Origin: Klebsormidium nitens
Lineage: Eukaryota > Plantae > Klebsormidiophyceae
DNA length: 41,095 bases
Direction: 5' to 3'
NCBI GenBank assembly: GCA_000708835.1
Contig: DF237667.1
Span: 1-41,095 of the forward strand
The notes under the pieces: model-generated
What the model was told of the DNA's origin: nothing
Seen by the model: only the letters and a program-made list of their open reading frames with translations
Database searches by the model: none
In this document: piece by piece, positions 34,860 through 41,095 of the stretch
How positions within the stretch are numbered: the first letter of the stretch is position 1
Layout of the letters: every line of letters begins with the position of its first letter
Program-made: the position numbers and the translations under genes

Positions 34860-37094
34860 TTATCCTCTGCACTGTCCGGCTGCCAAGAACTGGAAATAAG
34901 GATATCGGGCGCCTTGCAGCTGCATCGCTGCATGTGTGTGCAGCTCACACTTGGAATCATAGGCAGCTCCAAGTCTGTTCCGGCCAAACGGACTGACCCC
35001 ATGTGGGTGGTGCCAGCTAACAAACTGACTTCGACCAATTTCGTTATGTACGACCATTTTCACTCATAGAGCTGCGACGCACAACATGCAATTATATGGT
35101 ATACTTGTTGCAAGCTTGGTTGAGTCGAATACATACCAGGCAGCCACGTACGGTTGAAAGCTACTCGGAGGCATGTCCTTGTCCGTCTGGTTGTGTACAA
35201 ATTGACGCACTGCTTTTTCCAATTGCGTAGGCCTTTCTAGCACAAGCAGATCATCTATCATGCATGGCCCGTGCCTTTTATGCTGTCTGCATTCAGAAAG
35301 TTCATCTCTTGAAAGTCGAATGATTAAGAGCTCAGTGAGCTCATCAACATCAACAGCTGGAAAACATCTCGAGTTTGTTCTCATAAAACTTGATCATGCG
35401 TCGAACAACAAGCATACATAAACGAGTGCATCCGCTTCAAGTTGACATGCCTTCTCAGACAGAATCTGTCTGACACCTGGGCTGTTGTAAGAGTTGACAT
35501 GGTGGATCTGATCCAACATGCTCTTTGAGATAGCCGGCTTTGCTTTGATGCGGTGCACTACTGCTGTCCAAGCTCTAGACCAAATCTTTTTGTCTTTTGC
35601 CTTGCTGACGTCCTCCTTTCCTTCCTTCATTGTGTGGACTCGAGCAGAGTATGCGTCTGAGCTATTTGACACGCTTTGTTTACAAGTGACCAGCCAATCT
35701 GCTAAGAGCGCACCCTTTAGAAAAACCAACCTACTTTCATTCAAGACCGTCACTCTGCAGATACCCATGTGTCTGCAAAACACTTCTGTGCTCATTTGAG
35801 CAAGGGGAACACTTTCGGGCGACCCGAATAGAAAAGGCAAGCACCGAAAGTTTAGATAAGCCTTTGACAAGTTGACAGCGAGACCAAGGCTGAAAGGCAG
35901 ATAGAGACAACCATGGCTGCCACCACAGCAAGACCTCTCGAGGAAAAAGAATCTGTATCGCCAGAAACGAGCTCACCGGACTTAAACTCCTCTGAAGAGG
36001 AGGTTCAAGCGTGCACTTGTTGTCAAACTCGTCCTCCAATTGAACGGCGAAGTCGGGCCCAAGCCATCCATCATTGTCAGGCATTGGTGGAGGCCCGAAC
36101 CTGTCCCCCTGCGACTGGTTGCCAGGGTTCCGAAGACGCATGTTCCCGCCTCGCCCTCCAGTTCGGACTCAGAGTCGTTCAACTCGCCCCCAGTCGCACC
36201 GTTCTCTGGTTGCACGTCGGTGCGTTCGGTTTCCTGAACAGGATTTCACGTGCTCTTTGTCAGCATTCCTGCCTCCTGGAAGGCCCTAAGGCCTCGAATG
36301 ATGCAAGCATCACAAAAAAGCTTTGACGATTGAACCAGAAGGACAAAATCAATTGGCCTTTCTGGAACCAGTCTGGTTCGTGTATGACTACTACAAAGCA
36401 GGCCTGCTGAGCCCTCAATCTACTGCTAACCAGCTACCAATCCTATTGACAACCTGCTAACCCCCACACCCTTGATTTGCAACTGACCAGCTCCTGACCC
36501 TTCTTTCGCTGATAACCAGCCCTTTTGCTTGCTGCTAACCAGCTTCTAACCCTCCATGTTGACTAATACGCAGCTCCTAACCCTCCAGGTTGGCTGCTAA
36601 CCAGTTTCTAACCCTCAGCTTTGCTGCTAACCAGCTCCTAACTCCCTGCTTGGCGGCTAACCAGCATGCTAACCAACTGTTTTGGTGAGAACCAAAATAA
36701 GACGCCTAAAAGCCACTCGACAAAACAGCACAGCTGAAGTGAGCAGACTCACCATGTCTTCCAGAGCCGGACGCGCAACGTTCAAGGGGCTTGCCGCCTC
36801 CTCCTCACGGACGACCATGTGCCCCTGAGCGTGCGGTGACTCTAGAGGACGGGGTTCCGACTGGACAGGGCGCTGATCTGCCACGAAGCGCTGATCCGAA
36901 GCAGGGGTGCGGCACAGGGTGCAAGCAGGGGCGTCGTCCATCTGAAGGTCTCGGCCAACAGGAGACTGCTCCACCGAGGTGACAGGCTGGTTGGGAACAC
37001 AGGTTGGCGACCGCAGCAGGTCCAAACGGGAGGGCTGGTCCGCGTCGACTGCTTCGGAGGCCGCCGCCGTCACAAGGGAAGACCTCCCAGGCTC
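34860..37094 (-). pseudogene. Disrupted multi-exon gene of unknown function
   Basis: Phase-compatible exons 37094-36753 (cag|GAG...ATG|gtgagt), 36233-35977 (TAA at 35984-82) and 35772-35394. Protein-like frames continue to about 34860 across a frameshift and further stops. No domain was recognised. Confidence 0.45.
36420..36675. repeat. Degenerate minisatellite, unit about 30 bp GCTGCTAACCAGCTCCTAACCCTC
   Basis: Roughly eight imperfect copies of GCTAACCAGCT..TAACCCT, lying in the intron between exons 36753 and 36233. Confidence 0.85.
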
Positions 37095-39994
37095 CTGCAC
37101 ATAGCAAAGGAGACATAAACGGAACCCCAACATCTTTGCCGTCTTGACAAAGTTTGCAGAATGATCGAAGTGCATCCTTTAATCCTGCTAACATCATCAG
37201 CTGAAGGACTGATTCAAACGCATGACGGCTCTGGGCACGGCCTCCCTGAATTGGAATATTGCTGGCTCTTTGATTAAATTGTCGCATACAACGTCTGCGC
37301 AGGCTTGATGGTTTAGTATGACAAGGAAGGCCCTTCACGAAGTGAGGTTGTGCACGCGCCGGGGTGCGGACCCAGTGCCGCCTATCACAGAACCAAATGG
37401 CAAATTGGGGGCTGGTTTTAGCCCATTCAAAAACATCGATCTCAGACGTATAAACCACGCAAGAAGGGCAACGTCCAAGCTGTGGCATGAACTATTTCTA
37501 CCGCTCGCTTAATGACGTCATCAACAAGGCCAATTGAATGCACAAAGATTCCAAACCCACTAAACACACGGCAGAACATGCAATCAGCTCAATGACTGCG
37601 GGGAACGAGGATGGACCAGGACCAGACCTCATTAATGCTGTCCTCGCGTGGTACATCAGACAAGGGCGTGGCCCCGCTGTGCCTTGCCCCACCGCAGCTG
37701 AGCATGGGGGGGCGTGGTTCAGCTATGGCAGGGGGCAATTCAACTGCAGCCTTAGCTGATGGCGGACTGCCTGGGCCCCCTGCCATGACCTGCAATAGGT
37801 TCACAAAGCAAATCGTGCCTGACACAAGCTGATCACTTGGAAGTACTTTGACAAGAGCACAACCGGCAGAATTGGGCTTGAGTTTAATAATTACCGAATC
37901 AAGTATGTACCCGTTCTGAAAAAGCTTTCAATAATTCCACGAACTCAGCCCTTGTCTGAAGACACACATCGCTGACATCAGCAAGCTGACAGACGGAATG
38001 GTTTATGCCAGAGCTTGGACAGTTTGGAAAGGCTCTGGCCAAGTCCATGATATCAGCTACAAGAGACCGATGACATCAGCAAGCGGGCAGAAGGAAAACA
38101 GTTTGCGCCGGAGCTTGGACAGGTTGGACAGCTCCCCTTTGGACAGCGTGCCCTCGTCATGCCCCTCCTTTTCTAGTGACCTGACAATCGATTTCAGCGT
38201 GGCGCCTGCTGCCGTTTACTCACCAATGCAAGCCGGGGAGCCAAATACCAGCTAGTATTCAACTTAGCCAGAAAAGTCTTACCTGCTGGATGGCAGGTGT
38301 GCGCAACGAGCAGAAGCGTCAATCAATGCGGCGTCTGCTTGTGGTTGACTGGTTGAAGGTGAAACGCAACGCTGGGTCAGTCACATAACTTGAACAACCT
38401 GCAAGTGCTGAAAACATACGTTCTGGACTAGACATAGAGGCTTTTTGATTAATAGCAGGGTGTCTTTGGAACCAATAACTTGTCTCACTAAGCTTCCCGG
38501 TCAAACAGGAGCTAGCAGGTTCCGAAGGTGGTCAGAACTAAACACTTGACTCGATAATTGTGAGGGCGTAAAACCACCTCATAAGGCTGCGGGCAAGTCA
38601 TCCAGTGCAGCATAGGACGACATAGCCAACACTCACGACTCCTGACTTAAACCACACAACCAGCATCGCTCCCTTGTAAGTGCCGACTGGGAGGGCTTGC
38701 ATGCAAGAAAACAGAATTTGAAGGGCATCCTAGCTATTCCCTAGCAAAGTCCCATGTGAAAAAGCTGTTGGTTGACCGTAAGCCATGGTAAACCAATGTA
38801 AGCAGGCAACGGGCCCTTCTAATAGGAGCAGGACAGCTGATAGGTTTCTTTTCGAGAAACCCACTTCTTAAGAAGTCTTAACTCAACTGGCGCTGAGACA
38901 GCTTTCTTGAATAGAAGTTCTCCTTTCCTGTAGCAGCTAGCGGTGATGTATTTTTAGGAGGCGCAACAAATGCCTTCGCTTGCAGCCTCCTGAAAAACAC
39001 ACCCAATCCTCGAGAGAAACATCTCAAACCAAACTTTTCTGGATGGTTTCCTATTGGCTTCAGAAGAATAATGCATAGAAGGGCAGCTTACCTCAGCAAG
39101 TCCCGATTTTCTGGTCCGTCGATCTTCTCCTAATCACGAGACTTGCAGTCTGATAAATTTGAAAGTGCTGGACAACGATCCTTGAGGTGCCTCTTATATC
39201 TTGTGCTTTCTTGGAAGTCTACAGTTGCCGCCATTCCCCTGGCAGAAGTATCTAAACATGCTCAATCAAATACGACCCTGCTGAGTTAGCTGTTATACAG
39301 CTGGCAGAGAAATGACTGGGGCTGCCATAGCCCGCCACTTTGGACCAACATTGCGCCAGTGTCGGCCATAGCCACCTCACTTGGTGCTCAGCTTGATCAA
39401 GTAGTCAGGGTCACCAACGAATGGGCAAGTCAAATGCAAGTTCAGAGCTTAGGCTCTCTGTCTTGTCGCTCATCACCGATATTGGTAATCCAATCTCACG
39501 CCTACCCGCCGGGTCCCGACGTGGACCCGGCAGTCAAAGGCGGTTTCCCGTCAGTGGTTAAAAAACCGTCACTTCTGTCCGGCAGCCGCACATTCCCCTG
39601 GCGAAACAGAGACTTCAAGAATGTTTTGAGCTACGCTGACCGCCAAGGCTGCTTCGCACTGTCACTCACTGTCAGTGTCAGTCTTTGAGAGTTACTGAGA
39701 CTCTCTCACTCCTGAGCGGAGCTGGTCACTACATTGAGCAACACGATAACCAACTTGAATAGGTAGAGGATCAGGCGCTTGTTACAGGGCGCACAGGCTA
39801 TATGCCAGGGGCTGCTGTTTCGCCACAGCCACTATTGCGATCCTCCACCTTGCTGGTTATCATACATTGAGCTGCTTGCTGCGTGTAGCAGGCCTTCTTG
39901 GAGCGGCCCAGCCTTTAATGCTGGTGCGGCGTCCCTATTGAAGGCCCATAATAAAATGGGAGCACTGGATACGGTCAATTTTTGCAACAGGCCA

Positions 39995-40535
39995 GGGGGG
40001 GGTCCCATCCCTGCGGAAAAGCACCCGGGGGCACGCGGACTTGCATGTTTTCCTGCATGTACTTACTTTTCGTCAATCATTGGCTAGGGATCCCAACGGA
40101 AAATACACCGGGGCTCGGACAGACCCGGGCCCCCATCTATGCAGAGAAACTCATGAATCTCATGGGGCAAAAGGTTCTCGAAAAAAATGAGAACATATAT
40201 AAAAAGGGCCCGGGCCCCCACTTATGCAGAGAAACTCGTGAATCTCATGGGGCAAAAGGTTCTCCAAAAAATGAGAACATATAAAAAGGGCCCCGGGGGG
40301 TACCATTCGATGAATAATCAGTGCCCCGGGGCGTCCACCGGCTAGGGAATCCCACCGGGAAATACACCGGGGCGCGGACAGACCCGAGACCCCGCTCCAC
40401 AAGCAAAAAGGACCAGCTAGCCTAGGCTCACATGCAGGCCCAAGACTGAACCTCCGGGCCGGGGGTCCCATTCAGGCCTTTCCGGTACCCGGTGGCGTCT
40501 ACCGGTCAGGAATCCCTGCGGAAAAGCACCCCGGT
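39995..40535. repeat. Nested direct repeats resembling a transposon subterminal region
   Basis: Near-perfect 85-bp tandem pair (40124-40208, 40209-40290). GCTAGGGA..CCCA.CGG.AAATACACCGGGGC.CGGACAGACCCG at 40083 and 40341. ATCCCTGCGGAAAAGCACCC at about 40007 and 40512. Confidence 0.8.
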
Positions 40536-41095
40536 GCAGCCCCGATCCCCGAACCGGTCCCTGCACCTCTTGTGCTCTATACTCTTCTCTGATTGGCTGT
40601 TGAAGTGGAGTGGCGGAGTTGTTGAAGATCCGGACTGGATATCAGAATCCCAAACGCAGTTGAGTAAGGGTAGAGTCATTTTGAAAGAGACCCCCTATGT
40701 CTACCACAGAGCCCTCAGCCGCCCAAACGGTCAAGCCCCCCCTCCCTCCCGTTGGTGTCCTGCCTGAAAAGGCCGAGCCCCCCCCTCCCTCCCGCTCCTT
40801 ATTATTGTTTATTTTCTATTTATTTTACTAGTGAAACATGCACAATCAGCATTATTTCAGCATTTTTCCGAGCGATCTCTCAAGGCTCGGCTCAAACCCC
40901 AGGCCCCCGCTCCCCCCAGCACTCCTCGCCGAGCCAAGCCCCCGGCCCCCCACCCCTTGAAGTGGACATAGGGGGTCAGCTTCAAAATGACCTTACCCTA
41001 AGGGATTTTGTGGAAAATGTTTTTCCGTGACGACACCCGAAAAAATAATTATTTAAGAATCGCACCGTATTAAAGGGACGAGTGTATTGAACTAG

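Noticed and set aside
36805-37488. 227-aa minus ORF, the longest in the track
   Set aside because: It overlaps the spliced exon 37094-36753 in another frame and has no recognisable motif.

Overview
Eukaryotic nuclear DNA with GT-AG introns and GC-rich exons. It looks like a streptophyte green alga of the Klebsormidium type, but that is an inference from splice motifs, intron style and gene families, not a database match. I hand-spliced four phase-consistent genes: (1) a group-F-like bZIP factor (+, about 6966-11013) whose 5' end is broken by an N gap; (2) an FkbM/Methyltransf_21 methyltransferase with an N-terminal TM helix (-, 17939-12865); (3) head-to-head with it, a type II membrane DUF4422/GT111-like putative glycosyltransferase (+, 18828-25865); (4) a Mug135-like protein (+, 33475-34512). 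There are also two nonsense-disrupted multi-exon pseudogenes (a secreted PAN/apple-domain protein, - 31601-27310, and an unknown gene, - 37094-34860), a 289-bp TA-flanked MITE, a minisatellite and decayed repeat-rich flanks. The most unusual signal is that many introns of the methyltransferase/glycosyltransferase pair contain tandem, decayed 110-180 bp copies of their own splice junctions (exon end plus donor, or acceptor plus exon start). No rRNA, tRNA or CRISPR array was seen.
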